From positions 587,636 through 651,635 of the forward strand of contig CALWKS010000001.1 of the NCBI GenBank assembly GCA_944381325.1: a stretch of 64,000 nt of DNA. The letters run 5' to 3'. The notes under the pieces were generated by a model, which saw nothing but the letters and a program-made list of their open reading frames with translations, made no database searches and was not told where the DNA came from. Position numbers and translations under genes: made by a program. This stretch comes from an uncultured Christensenellaceae bacterium (lineage in GTDB: Bacteria > Bacillota > Clostridia > Christensenellales > UBA3700). Shown piece after piece: positions 18,402 through 28,510 of this stretch; within the stretch, counting starts at the first letter, position 1, and each line of letters begins with the position of its first letter.

Positions 18402-19759
18402 TTGTCTGAGTCTCCGTCTTTGTCTGCGTCCTTGCCGTCTTCAGATTCTGAAGATACGTTTTCCTCACCGCTCTTTTGAGAGTCTTTATCTCCGATATTG
18501 TCGCTTTTCAGAACAAAGCCCTCTTCTTCTCTGAGCTTTATAGCTTCGGCGTTAGCCTTTCTCGCTTCTTCGGCCTTTGCGTTCAGCTCAGCAGCTTTCA
18601 GGCAAAGTTCTTCGTCTGAAATTTCGCCTTTCGCCGCGCTTACCATGAGAAGGCAACGCGAATGTTTGATATGACTTATATGATCGTACTCTTCTTCAGG
18701 CACGCCCATTCCCTTGCAGATTATCTCTTTTGCCCTTTCCTTTGTAACGCCCGTCTGCAAAAGCTGTTCTTCAACCTTTCTCTTGAGCAGTTTCGTATCG
18801 AATTTGAGTTCAGGCAGATCGGGGTTTTCGTCCATAGCGAGAACCGTCTTGAACGCCGTAATCGCAACTTCAACCATACTGTCGTCGGGCTGACGCGTAG
18901 TCAGTTTCTGAAGCAGAAGTCCGGGAGCTTTCAATGCTCTTACAAACGGATTGTCAAATTTTGCGAGGAACTTGAGCACCTCGTAGCTTACGCCCGAAAC
19001 CACGGGAATAAGCGCAAGTCTTATCAAAAATCTTACCCACATCTGACCGCTCCAGCCTGTCAGAGAGAAAATCAGCACGCTTACTACCATTGTAATGAAC
19101 ATAAACGTCGTGCCGCATCTGTCATGTACGGTGGTCATCTTCTGAGCGTTTTCCACCGTCAGCTCCAGGTCATGTTCATAACAGCTTATCGTCTTATGCT
19201 CCGCGCCGTGATACATATATACGCGCTTTATGTCTTTCATCGCAGAAGTAAGGGCGATATATGCGATAAATATAAGCATACGGATAAATCCTTCGAGAAG
19301 ATTCATCGCTATCTGCACGCCTACGTTCGCCTGCGCGTTTATTTTAAACAGCTTAATAAGTCCCGTTGTGATGAGCTGGGGTAAAAAGAAAAACAAGCCG
19401 ACGGAAAGCGCTACGCCGATGATTACCGAAATCGCCATAATAACGCTGAACACGTCGACTTTGAAAGTCTTAGCAAACCATTTTTCTGCTTTAGAAGGCT
19501 CCTGCTCTCCGTCAAACACCTCTCCAGAACGCATCAAAGTGCGAACACCCGAAACCATCGTTCCGAAGAAGTTGAAGACGCCTCTGAGAAACGGCGCGCG
19601 GAAGAGAAAACTTTTTTCTTCGACAGGTTTGAGATACTGGCTCTCCACGACGATATTTCCGTTTTCGTCGCGCACAGCCGTCGCCATACTGCGCTTGCCG
19701 CGCATCATAACGCCTTCGATAACCGCCTGTCCGCCAATTCCGACGCTCTTTTTCCTCAT
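18398..19759 (-). CDS. DUF1385 (YqhQ-like) membrane protein with ~130-aa C-terminal extension and acidic tail
   Basis: N-terminus GIGGQAVIEGVMMRG and YHGAEHK are DUF1385 hallmarks. This is the conserved position between rpmE and prmC. Confidence 0.8.
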   Translation of the reverse strand: MRKKSVGIGGQAVIEGVMMRGKRSMATAVRDENGNIVVESQYLKPVEEKSFLFRAPFLRGVFNFFGTMVSGVRTLMRSGEVFDGEQEPSKAEKWFAKTFKVDVFSVIMAISVIIGVALSVGLFFFLPQLITTGLIKLFKINAQANVGVQIAMNLLEGFIRMLIFIAYIALTSAMKDIKRVYMYHGAEHKTISCYEHDLELTVENAQKMTTVHDRCGTTFMFITMVVSVLIFSLTGWSGQMWVRFLIRLALIPVVSGVSYEVLKFLAKFDNPFVRALKAPGLLLQKLTTRQPDDSMVEVAITAFKTVLAMDENPDLPELKFDTKLLKRKVEEQLLQTGVTKERAKEIICKGMGVPEEEYDHISHIKHSRCLLMVSAAKGEISDEELCLKAAELNAKAEEARKANAEAIKLREEEGFVLKSDNIGDKDSQKSGEENVSSESEDGKDADKDGDSDK

Positions 19760-19774
19760 TGCATAGCCTCCATA

Positions 19775-19809
19775 TAAAAAAAATACGGTGCGGGATAAGT
19801 TCCCGCACC
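19775..19809 (-). terminator. Rho-independent terminator after rpmE
   Basis: Minus strand: GGTGCGGGAACTTATCCCGCACC followed by a T-rich tract (GTATTTTTTTT). Confidence 0.85.
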
Positions 19810-19821
19810 ATTATTATCCGA

Positions 19822-20025
19822 TTACAGACTGTAACGCTTCTTGAACTTATCTACTCTACCGCCGGTATCAACGAGCTTCTGCTTGCCGGTATAGAAAGGA
19901 TGGCACTTGTTGCAAACGTCTACTTTAATGACGTCTACATCCTTGGTTGTACCGCAAACGAACTTCTCGCCACAGGTGCACTGAATGATTACGTCATGAT
20001 ATTTGGGTTGAATGCTCTCTTTCAT
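19822..20025 (-). CDS. rpmE: 50S ribosomal protein L31 (Zn-ribbon type)
   Basis: Start at MKESIQPKYHDV (GAGGTGAAG RBS). CTCGEKF...CNKCHPFYTGKQK matches L31. Confidence 0.93.
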   Translation of the reverse strand: MKESIQPKYHDVIIQCTCGEKFVCGTTKDVDVIKVDVCNKCHPFYTGKQKLVDTGGRVDKFKKRYSL

Positions 20026-20228
20026 GTTCTTCACCTCACTATATTCTTTTACGCACATACGATTATACATATTTCTTTTTTGCAAGTCAAGCGTTATAAA
20101 CGGTTTTTTTGAGGATTGGAAAATTTAACTTATTTTGCTCCCCTGCTTTTCCCTCGGCGCGTTTTTGCCTTGCAATCCTGAAAAAAGTGTGCTATGATTA
20201 TTCCACTTAAAGTGTGAGGGAAGTTTAT

Positions 20229-21197
20229 ATGAAATCCTTGGTTTTAACAGAGCCGGGCAAGCTGGAAACTGTTGTCAACGAAGAAAAGGACGTGCCGCAC
20301 GATTGCGTGAAAGTACGCATTGCGCGCGCTTCGGTTACCTCTTCGGACATTTCGGCTTACAAGGGAAAATCCGGCTTTTATCCTATTATGCCTTCAAGAA
20401 TTGCTATGGGACTGGTCAGCGAAAGCTCTGACTTTACTCTTAAAACGGGTCAGCGCGTCATGCTTTCTCCTTACCGCAAAAGCTCAGGCACGCTTCAGGT
20501 CAGCGGCGTCGATAAAAACGGATATCTTGCAGACTACGTAATCTGCCCGCTGTCTGACGTCTACGCTATACCTGAAGGAATATCAGACGAATCCGTTATC
20601 TTTATCGAAGACGTGGCTCTTGCCGAAAAAATCCTTGAAAAACTGGACGTCAGCAAAACGCAGTATATCCTGCTCAACGGCTGCTCTTCTCTCAATTACA
20701 TAATAGGACAGCTTTCAATATATTATCAGGCGATCCCCGTGATCATCGATAAAAATCAGGAACTACTCGACCTCGCGCAGGACCTCGGAATATATTACAC
20801 GGTAAATCCCAACGAAGAAAACGTATTCCAGAAAGTAAAAGAAATCACGTCAGGCAAAATGTGCGACTATATGGTGCTCGATCTCGACTCGTACCCGAGC
20901 GCAGAAGGTCTTCTCTCTTGTATGAGAGAGGGCGGAAAGATGTGTCTTGCAGGACTAGACAAAAAGACTGAAGAACTTTCTGCCGATCTTGCTCCCGTAT
21001 TCACCAAAGGGCTGGAGATATGCGGTCTCAATAACGGCGACGGAGAAATCGAAACAGGTATCAATATGATCGCCACCGAAGTCGTAAAAGTAGACAAGCT
21101 TATAGAAAGGATCGTGGATATATCGGAAGCCGCGGACGTGTTTGCAAAACTTGCGTCCGAGCCGCCTCATCCGCTCAAAACCATAGTAAAATGCTAA
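20229..21197 (+). CDS. MDR (alcohol dehydrogenase-like) superfamily protein; canonical catalytic Zn ligands not evident
   Basis: Start at MKSLVLTEPGKLE. GroES-like plus Rossmann layout, but the usual GHE and GxGxxG motifs are replaced (SRIAMGLVSE; LLNGCSSLNYIIG). Confidence 0.6.
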   Translation: MKSLVLTEPGKLETVVNEEKDVPHDCVKVRIARASVTSSDISAYKGKSGFYPIMPSRIAMGLVSESSDFTLKTGQRVMLSPYRKSSGTLQVSGVDKNGYLADYVICPLSDVYAIPEGISDESVIFIEDVALAEKILEKLDVSKTQYILLNGCSSLNYIIGQLSIYYQAIPVIIDKNQELLDLAQDLGIYYTVNPNEENVFQKVKEITSGKMCDYMVLDLDSYPSAEGLLSCMREGGKMCLAGLDKKTEELSADLAPVFTKGLEICGLNNGDGEIETGINMIATEVVKVDKLIERIVDISEAADVFAKLASEPPHPLKTIVKC

Positions 21198-21216
21198 ATA
21201 GAAAATTCAAATAAAC

Positions 21217-21245
21217 AAGCCGCTTTCAAGCGGCTTTTATTTTTA
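21217..21245 (+). terminator. Rho-independent terminator after the MDR-family gene
   Basis: AAGCCGCT-TTCA-AGCGGCTT followed by TTATTTTT. Confidence 0.8.
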
Positions 21246-21279
21246 CGATGTCGTATTAAAATTTTCTTACCCGTGTTTG

Positions 21280-22641
21280 TTATCGCTTAAACAACAGATT
21301 TGCGATCTCGTCTATTCCTCCTGCTCCCAAAAGAAGGATTATCCCCTTTTTGCTCAGACGGGATCTTATATAATCGGCGGCGGGAGCATAACCGTCCATA
21401 TAAAGGCAAGCCGTCTTTTTCTTTTTGAGTTTTATATATAAATCATACGCGCTTCCGCCCTCGATATTTCTTTCACGCGCCGCATACGTGGGCAGGATAA
21501 CAACCTCGTCCGCCCAGTAAAAGCTGTCTGCAAATTCGTCAATAAGCGACTTTGTGCGACTGAAAGTATGCGGCTCGAAAAACACGGTTATTTCACCCCT
21601 CGTCATAACGCGCGCGGTATCTATTGCGGCGCCAATCTCGTCTGGATGATGAGCGTAATCCACAATCACTCTCGCACCGCCTTCAAGCATACCCTTGCAT
21701 TCAAAGCGTCTGCTTACGCCGCAAAATTCCTGAAGCGCCTTGCCTGCATAAACGATGTCAAGTCCGAGTCCGTCCGCTACCGCAAGCGCCGCTAAGACAT
21801 TCAGAATATTATGCTTTCCGTACACGTGCGTCGTATATCTCCCTACAAGTCGGGAATACCTGTACAGGTTGAATGAATATATACCGCCTTCGTAAGTTAC
21901 GTCGTCCGCGCGGTAATCGCACCCTGCGCAGAACCCGAAAGTAACCTTTTTCACTCCTCTCGGTTCAAACAAGTCTTTAAGCCTGTAATCCACCACAAGA
22001 AGTCCGCCTTCTTTTATATTCTGAGTAAATCTTGAAAACGCTTCTGCAAGTTCAGTCATGTCTCTGTAGCAGTCAGGGTGATCGAATTGCATATTCAGCA
22101 CAACGGCAATATCAGGCGAAAGCGCAAGAAAACTGCGCTTATATTCGCAAGCCTCTGTAAGAAAAACGTCTCTTCCGCTGTCCGTCAGGCTTATCTCTCC
22201 TCCGGGCAGATCTCCGCCGATATGCCCGATAAACTTTACCCCCTGCCCTTTGAGAATGCAGGACAGCATAGCGGTGGTAGTCGTCTTTCCGTGCGTACCT
22301 GCGACGGCTACGGTGCGTTTACAAAGTCTTTCTACGAGAGACAAGAATGCCTTTCTCTCAATAACCGTCTTGCGCAAAGCGCGTGCGCGAGACAGTTCAG
22401 GGTCGTTTTCAGGTATGCATGCGGTATAGACCACAAGGTCAGCCTTGTCAACGATCTCTTCGTTGCTTCCGCGATATGCGTATATGCCGTTTTTGCAAAG
22501 CGTTTCCAACACAGGCGAATCCGCTCTGTCAGAGCCGCTTACCGTCATCCCTTGGCGTGCGCAAAGAAGCGCAAGAGCCTTCATGCTTACGCCGCATATC
22601 CCTATAAAATGAACGTTGTGAAAATCAGTCAGATCAAGCAT
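21280..22641 (-). CDS. murC: UDP-N-acetylmuramate--L-alanine ligase
   Basis: 453 aa. VHFIGICGVSMKALA N-terminal Rossmann motif, GTHGKTTTT P-loop, Mur ligase layout. Confidence 0.92.
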   Translation of the reverse strand: MLDLTDFHNVHFIGICGVSMKALALLCARQGMTVSGSDRADSPVLETLCKNGIYAYRGSNEEIVDKADLVVYTACIPENDPELSRARALRKTVIERKAFLSLVERLCKRTVAVAGTHGKTTTTAMLSCILKGQGVKFIGHIGGDLPGGEISLTDSGRDVFLTEACEYKRSFLALSPDIAVVLNMQFDHPDCYRDMTELAEAFSRFTQNIKEGGLLVVDYRLKDLFEPRGVKKVTFGFCAGCDYRADDVTYEGGIYSFNLYRYSRLVGRYTTHVYGKHNILNVLAALAVADGLGLDIVYAGKALQEFCGVSRRFECKGMLEGGARVIVDYAHHPDEIGAAIDTARVMTRGEITVFFEPHTFSRTKSLIDEFADSFYWADEVVILPTYAARERNIEGGSAYDLYIKLKKKKTACLYMDGYAPAADYIRSRLSKKGIILLLGAGGIDEIANLLFKR

Positions 22642-22855
22642 ACAACATTATATGCGGCAAAGCTGAAAATTGTCATGAAATCTCAATTGTCGTCCCCTTT
22701 TTCAGCTATATGTCGAGATCTTGCGTAACTGAGCGGAAAAATCCTGCCTTAAATTTACATTAATAAAATATTTAAGTTTTTTTTAAATAAAAATATTGTT
22801 TTTTCAAACTTATTATGATATATTGATATTACAAAAAATCAACTCAGGGGAATTT

Positions 22856-23134
22856 ATGAAAATAACCGATATCAAAATCAGACTTGTTGCCAAAGAAAAC
22901 GACAGGCTTAAAGGCGTCGCTTCAGTTGTGTTTGACGAATGCTTCGTACTTCACGACATAAAAATCATTTACGGCAAACTGGGGCTTTTCATCGCAATGC
23001 CCAGCCGTAAGACTCCTGACGGAGAATATAAAGACATCGCTCATCCTCTCAACACAGAAACACGCGACACGATAAACCGCGAAGTTCTTGCCGCATACGA
23101 AAAGGCAGTCAAAGACGCTGAAAACGCGAATTGA
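22856..23134 (+). CDS. spoVG: Septation/sporulation regulator SpoVG
   Basis: MKITDIKIRLV...GVASVVFDECFVLHDIKII...GLFIAMPSRKTPDGEYKDIAHPLN is the SpoVG signature. Confidence 0.93.
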   Translation: MKITDIKIRLVAKENDRLKGVASVVFDECFVLHDIKIIYGKLGLFIAMPSRKTPDGEYKDIAHPLNTETRDTINREVLAAYEKAVKDAENAN

Positions 23135-23233
23135 TAACAGACTATTCTCACTTTTATAATATACACCTCAAAAAGGCAGCCGCGTTATTGCGACTGCCCT
23201 TTATTTATGCTTTATTAAATCTTTTCAGACAGA

Positions 23234-24793
23234 TCAAAGCCTGTCTTTTTCCATCATTTTGTACAGCTCGTTGTATATAGGAAGATTGCGCTCGTAAATC
23301 CTCTTGTAAACGCGGTTGTAATATTGCATATACTTCGAGTGATTTTCTTCTATAGGCTTGAACGTATCCTTTACTCTTACCATCCTGGATACGGCTTCTT
23401 CAATCGTCTTATAATACTTCAAAGCGTTGAAGCCCACGATCGCACAACCAAGTCCGCTCGTCTCGTAAGTCTGCACTCTGTAAACTTCTCTGCCCATAAT
23501 GTCAGCGGTTATCTGACAGATTATATCGCTCTGAGATCCGCCGCCCGCCACAGCGATTTTCGTAATCTTGTTGCGAGAGCGTCTTTGCAGATTCTCCAAT
23601 CCGTCGAAAAGCGCATATCCGAGACCTTCTATTATTGCTCTGTACACGTGCAGACGTGTGTGAATATCAGAAAAACCGATCATAATACCCTTTGCCTGAG
23701 GGGTCTTAAGACCCGGTCCCCAATAAGGCTGAAGGATAAGTCCGTTGCATCCGAGAGGTATTTTTGCCAGCTTTTCGTCAAGAAGTCTTTCTGCAGAAAC
23801 TCCGAGTTTTTCCGCCTCTATTTTTTCATTGAGAGCAAACTGATCTCTGAACCAGGATACCATCCAGAATCCTCTGAATATCTGAATTTCAGGATTGAAT
23901 TTTCCGTTTGCGACTGCGGTATAGGCAGGCATAAACGTTTCAGGCTCGACATATCTGTCTGTAGTTATTTCGACTGACGCCGCAGTGCCCAGACTGACTG
24001 AAGCAACCTCTTTGGACAGACAGCCGTTGCCCACAGTTTCACACGCTTTATCCGCACCTGTTGCGATGAAAGGCAAACCTTCTTTGATGCCTGTCTCTTC
24101 ACTGCACTTTTCAGTTATGTAGCCGATTATTTCACCAGGATCGACCAGTTCGCACATTTTCTCTACAGGACAACCGAAAACGGGATAATTGAGCGCGCGC
24201 TTTGTCATCCAGGCGCGTTTGCGATAGTTATAAGGGAATTTTGCCGCCTGTCCGGCTCTGCTGTCTGCCAGTCTTCCCGTGAACTTGAAGTTGTACCACG
24301 CCGTAGGCATGACGACTTTTGCGGTACGCTCCCAGACGTCAGGCTGATTAACTCTTACCCAGTTGGTATAAGACGTTCTTCTTGAAACTTTTGCCGTCTC
24401 ACCCATGCCCGCGATAGCATACATTGTTCTGTTGAACAGCGGCATCGGATCGGGACAATTGACCTCGCGTTTATCCATCCACAGTATTGCGTTGCGCGTA
24501 GGATTGCAGTCTTTATCCAGGAAAAATAGAGAATTTCTTATGCTTGTAGCGCACACTCCCACGATATTGTCCCACTTAGCGCCAACGAGTTTTTTCAGGT
24601 CGTTGGAAACCTTGCAGATACCCTGCCAGCATTCAAGCGGATCTTTTTCTGCCCTGTTGTCGTTCTGAGAAATATAAGGCGGCTCATCGTGCTTTGTCTT
24701 TTCTATAAGATTGCCGTTGAGGTCGAAAAGAAGCGCACGTGTACTTTGCGTACCGATGTCAAACACCAAAATGAGCGGATCAGTCTTGTGCAT
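23234..24793 (-). CDS. FGGY-family carbohydrate kinase (substrate unknown)
   Basis: 519 aa. N-terminal LVFDIGTQSTRALLFD and C-terminal VAGGGSQSD motifs. Confidence 0.85.
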   Translation of the reverse strand: MHKTDPLILVFDIGTQSTRALLFDLNGNLIEKTKHDEPPYISQNDNRAEKDPLECWQGICKVSNDLKKLVGAKWDNIVGVCATSIRNSLFFLDKDCNPTRNAILWMDKREVNCPDPMPLFNRTMYAIAGMGETAKVSRRTSYTNWVRVNQPDVWERTAKVVMPTAWYNFKFTGRLADSRAGQAAKFPYNYRKRAWMTKRALNYPVFGCPVEKMCELVDPGEIIGYITEKCSEETGIKEGLPFIATGADKACETVGNGCLSKEVASVSLGTAASVEITTDRYVEPETFMPAYTAVANGKFNPEIQIFRGFWMVSWFRDQFALNEKIEAEKLGVSAERLLDEKLAKIPLGCNGLILQPYWGPGLKTPQAKGIMIGFSDIHTRLHVYRAIIEGLGYALFDGLENLQRRSRNKITKIAVAGGGSQSDIICQITADIMGREVYRVQTYETSGLGCAIVGFNALKYYKTIEEAVSRMVRVKDTFKPIEENHSKYMQYYNRVYKRIYERNLPIYNELYKMMEKDRL

Positions 24794-26432
24794 TTTCTCC
24801 TCCTTTTTCTTCGAGCTTGCGATAATCCACCTTGCCTATCTGCGTAAGCGGCAGCTTGTCGCGGAACTCTACGACTCTGGGGGTGGCGTACTTCAGAAGC
24901 TTTGACTTTATCGCGCTCAGAACTGCCTTTTCAAGAGCCGACTTGTCTGCTCCGTCTTCAGGCTGAACGATGAGCTTTACGGCAGGTTTTCCGTTGTCGG
25001 TCATAGCCACAACGCAACTGCGTTTTACGCCTTCCACCTTATTCACCACGTTTTCTATCTCTTGCGGAAACACGTTGTTTCCGGCAATCTTTATTACCCT
25101 TTTTTTCCTGTCGACAAAATAAACAAAGCCGTCCTTGTCCATTCTGCCCATATCTCCGGTGCGCACCCATTGCGCGCCGCCGTATTCGAAAAACGCCTTT
25201 TCAGTAGCTTCTTCGTCTCCGTAATATCCCGTCATAAGCGTGTTTGCGCTTATGCAAAGATTGCCGACCGTATCACAAGGAAGCGGCTTGTCGTTGTCGT
25301 CGAATATACCGAACACCGTGTTTTTCAGCGGCTTTCCGATAGATCCTTCCCTGTAATTTTCAGGCGTGTTTACACAGCAGATACCCGCTTCAGTAAGACC
25401 GTAACCTTCATTCAGTCTGATAGGATTTCCTGCCGCCTTTGTAGCCTCGTAAAATCTTTCTTTTATGCTGTTGCTCAGTTTATCGCCGCCGCAATAACAG
25501 TGTTTCAGTCCTTTTACGTATTTTCCTTTGAACAGCCCCGAGTCAAGCATTTTAGCATACATATTTGGCACGCCAGATATAAACGTGGCAGGACCTGATC
25601 TCAGCAGTCTGCACGCGCGCGCAGGCTCGAACTTGGGCATCATAACGACTCTGCCTCCTGCACAGATAGTCGTATGCATGCATATTCCGAGTCCGAAATT
25701 GTGGAATATAGGCAGAACCATGAGCATTCCGTCTTTGTCATCCACGGGCTTACCGCCGATAAGCGCTAGGGCGTTGTCTGCCAGGCAGTTGAAGGCGTCA
25801 TTGCTGAGCATTACCGTCTTAGACTCTCCCGTAGTACCTCCGCTGTGCATATATACGGCAATGTCAGTGCCTTTTATGTCGGGATAATCTTGATTTACGC
25901 GCTTAAAGCCGATCTTTCCTTTTACGACGTCTGCAAAACGTACCGTCTTTTTGCCGTAAGGGATATCCTTGGTTATCTTTCTTTTAGCAAGCCTGTAAAA
26001 CGGCTTGTACAGAGCAGGCAGATAATCTGCGGCGCTTGCCACGATCACAGGTATGTCGGTTTTGCTCAGCTTATCTGCGTACTTATAATAAAATTCTTCA
26101 AAAACCACCGCCGCACAAGCATCCATACCGTTTATAAAATCGTAAAGAGCTTGTCCCGTCACGAGTGGGTGAACCGCATTTACGACAGCACCCGTCTTGT
26201 TTATAGCATAAAACGCAACGATGGCGTCAGGTATGTTGGGAAGGCAAAGCACAACGTTTTTGCCTTTTCCTGCGCCTGCAGAACGGAGATAATCTGCCAA
26301 AGCGTCACAATGGCGGAAAAACTCCCCTTCAGAGATCGTGCGTCCGTAATACGATATACATTTGTTTGTGTCAGGCAGATGTGCGATGTTATCCGCAAAA
26401 TACCTGTACATCGACTTATCAAAATACTGCAT
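24780..26432 (-). CDS. AMP-dependent acyl-CoA synthetase/ligase
   Basis: AMP-binding motif MHSGGTTGESKTVMLS and GYGLTE. ATG at 26432 is preferred over TTG at 26447. Confidence 0.85.
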   Translation of the reverse strand: MQYFDKSMYRYFADNIAHLPDTNKCISYYGRTISEGEFFRHCDALADYLRSAGAGKGKNVVLCLPNIPDAIVAFYAINKTGAVVNAVHPLVTGQALYDFINGMDACAAVVFEEFYYKYADKLSKTDIPVIVASAADYLPALYKPFYRLAKRKITKDIPYGKKTVRFADVVKGKIGFKRVNQDYPDIKGTDIAVYMHSGGTTGESKTVMLSNDAFNCLADNALALIGGKPVDDKDGMLMVLPIFHNFGLGICMHTTICAGGRVVMMPKFEPARACRLLRSGPATFISGVPNMYAKMLDSGLFKGKYVKGLKHCYCGGDKLSNSIKERFYEATKAAGNPIRLNEGYGLTEAGICCVNTPENYREGSIGKPLKNTVFGIFDDNDKPLPCDTVGNLCISANTLMTGYYGDEEATEKAFFEYGGAQWVRTGDMGRMDKDGFVYFVDRKKRVIKIAGNNVFPQEIENVVNKVEGVKRSCVVAMTDNGKPAVKLIVQPEDGADKSALEKAVLSAIKSKLLKYATPRVVEFRDKLPLTQIGKVDYRKLEEKGGENAQD

Positions 26433-27294
26433 TAAGCAACCTTTCAAGTTTATTGTCTGCGCGGAGTATAAATCTGTCCATCTTTTTTCCGTACGATATC
26501 ATCATAACTATTATCTGAACTGCCAGCGAGATCCCGAATCCTGCCGCAACGTCTGTGAGATAATGGTGTCCGTCTGTTATGCGCGCAATCATAACAATCA
26601 GTACGTATACCGCAGCAAAAGCGAATATTCCCTTTTCTTTATCCTTTAATTTGTCAAAGATACCGCAAAGAGGCAGAAGCAGGAAAAGCGTTCCGCCGAA
26701 AGCGGCGTGCCCCGACGGGAAAGAATCGCCGTCTACGCGCACAAGTTTATACCACGGTGAAAAGACTGCGTCGCCCGTCTGAATATCGACATAACGCGCT
26801 CTTCCCCATATTGTCTTGAGCACAAAAACGAGCACTCCTATAACGGCAACCGAAAACAGAGATACAAGCGCCCATTTCTTGAGTAATACGAGTTTTTCTT
26901 TGTCAACGTTTTTCATAGCGAGAAACGCAATTCCAGAAAGCGGCAAAGACAGCACCGCGCCTGCAACGAGCGCAAGTTTTGTGCTGGAAAGCAGCATTTC
27001 TCCGAAATCGAGAAAGGTTAAAATCCCCGCAAGGTAGCCGCATACGTAAAAGAAATAGCGTTTGACCTGTTTTCCTTCATTTTTAAAAGCGCTTTCGCCC
27101 AAAGAAAAACATGCGAAAACAGCGATTATGAATGCGGGCATCTTGCCTATGACCTCGTATATCTTACCAAAGGCGTTGCCCCTTTGATAAAGTATTTCAG
27201 AGATCTTGAGATCGGCAAGCGTCCCTACCGCAAACAACACTATTACCGCCGCCGCCAGGAATGACGACCATATATATATCTTCTTATAATTCAC
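26419..27294 (-). CDS. PAP2-family membrane phosphatase (paralog 1)
   Basis: Polytopic. PAP2 motifs SFPSGHAAFG and ITDGHHYLTDV. Confidence 0.8.
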   Translation of the reverse strand: MNYKKIYIWSSFLAAAVIVLFAVGTLADLKISEILYQRGNAFGKIYEVIGKMPAFIIAVFACFSLGESAFKNEGKQVKRYFFYVCGYLAGILTFLDFGEMLLSSTKLALVAGAVLSLPLSGIAFLAMKNVDKEKLVLLKKWALVSLFSVAVIGVLVFVLKTIWGRARYVDIQTGDAVFSPWYKLVRVDGDSFPSGHAAFGGTLFLLLPLCGIFDKLKDKEKGIFAFAAVYVLIVMIARITDGHHYLTDVAAGFGISLAVQIIVMMISYGKKMDRFILRADNKLERLLNAVF

Positions 27295-28213
27295 GGCACT
27301 CTACTTCCTTGAGTTTATTTTCCGCTATACGGAAATAATATATGCCCTTGCCGAAGAACAAATATCTGCAAAGGACGTATATAAGGTATGTTACATATCC
27401 GCCGACAAGAACGTCTGAAAGAAAATGCGCGTCGTCAACTATGCGGGAAACCGCCACAACTGCCGTAAACAGCACGCATCCTGTGTTGAGAGCTGCACGC
27501 ACTGATTTTTTATTGAGCTTTGGATAGAAATCGCAAAGTACGCAAAGCACAAAAACGTGCGCAGCACTTGACGTATGCCCTGACGGAAAAGAAGTATAAT
27601 GATAATCGGGATTGGGATTTTCTCTGCCGATGTTCACTTTGTACCACGGAGTAAACCCGTCAAAATTGCCCTCTTTGAGCATATCGCGGTATCTCATACG
27701 GCAGAAAATGTTCTTGCTTATCTGAATAACGGCAAGCGTTACCAATGTAAACACTATGAGAAAAACGCCGTACTTGAAAAGTTTATTCATAGTTCTTACA
27801 TTGACTAAAGAGCCGATCCACAGAGAAATTGCGCCAATACCTAACGCACCTACAACAGAGAAACCGACAAGATGCGGCACATCTGTAAGCTTTGTACCGG
27901 CATACATAAAGAAAAACCAACCGCCGAACACCGCAAGACAACCGAGGATTCTTATCAGAACACGTTGATATTTCTTTTCAAAAAGCGGCGCATTGAAGAA
28001 AATTATCACACCGCCGACAGGAACGGCAACGTAAGCGGGATATTCTCCGATTATAGAAAACAAATCAGCAAAAAAGCTGTCGCCGTCTGAAAGCGCGTGA
28101 TTGATCTGAAGGTCGTATTTTGTGGCAACAACCATCAAGGCAACAAAAAACGCAAATGCAACGGCGTTGACAGCCCAGAATATTTTAGCTGAAAATTTCT
28201 GCTCTTTTTTCAT
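27284..28213 (-). CDS. PAP2-family membrane phosphatase (paralog 2)
   Basis: SFPSGHTSSAAH and VDDAHFLSDV. Start at MKKEQKF (28213) is preferred over 28243. Confidence 0.8.
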   Translation of the reverse strand: MKKEQKFSAKIFWAVNAVAFAFFVALMVVATKYDLQINHALSDGDSFFADLFSIIGEYPAYVAVPVGGVIIFFNAPLFEKKYQRVLIRILGCLAVFGGWFFFMYAGTKLTDVPHLVGFSVVGALGIGAISLWIGSLVNVRTMNKLFKYGVFLIVFTLVTLAVIQISKNIFCRMRYRDMLKEGNFDGFTPWYKVNIGRENPNPDYHYTSFPSGHTSSAAHVFVLCVLCDFYPKLNKKSVRAALNTGCVLFTAVVAVSRIVDDAHFLSDVLVGGYVTYLIYVLCRYLFFGKGIYYFRIAENKLKEVECREL

Positions 28214-28461
28214 CCTCTGTCCTCTGCGCGCATAAACGCGCATCCTATAATATTATATAATCTTTTATCATCATAATCAAGTACTTTATTAATTTCTTTG
28301 CGCACGCGCACATTATATATCAGATGTGTACTATTTTTTTAACATTCTGCCTTACCTATCCGACTTGCCGATAAAATAAACAAGTATTTGTTTAAAACTC
28401 AAAATAAGCCGTTCAAAACCTTTTCTCTTTATTGCTGAGATCCGCATAATTTCTGAGACAT

Positions 28462-28494
28462 AAAAAAAAGCACCCGGATATCCGGGTGCTTTGA
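28462..28494 (-). terminator. Rho-independent terminator after the lipoprotein gene
   Basis: AGCACCCGGA/TCCGGGTGCT palindrome with an A8 run on plus, which is a T-run on minus. Confidence 0.85.
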
Positions 28495-28510
28495 TTATTC
28501 TGATTTATTA

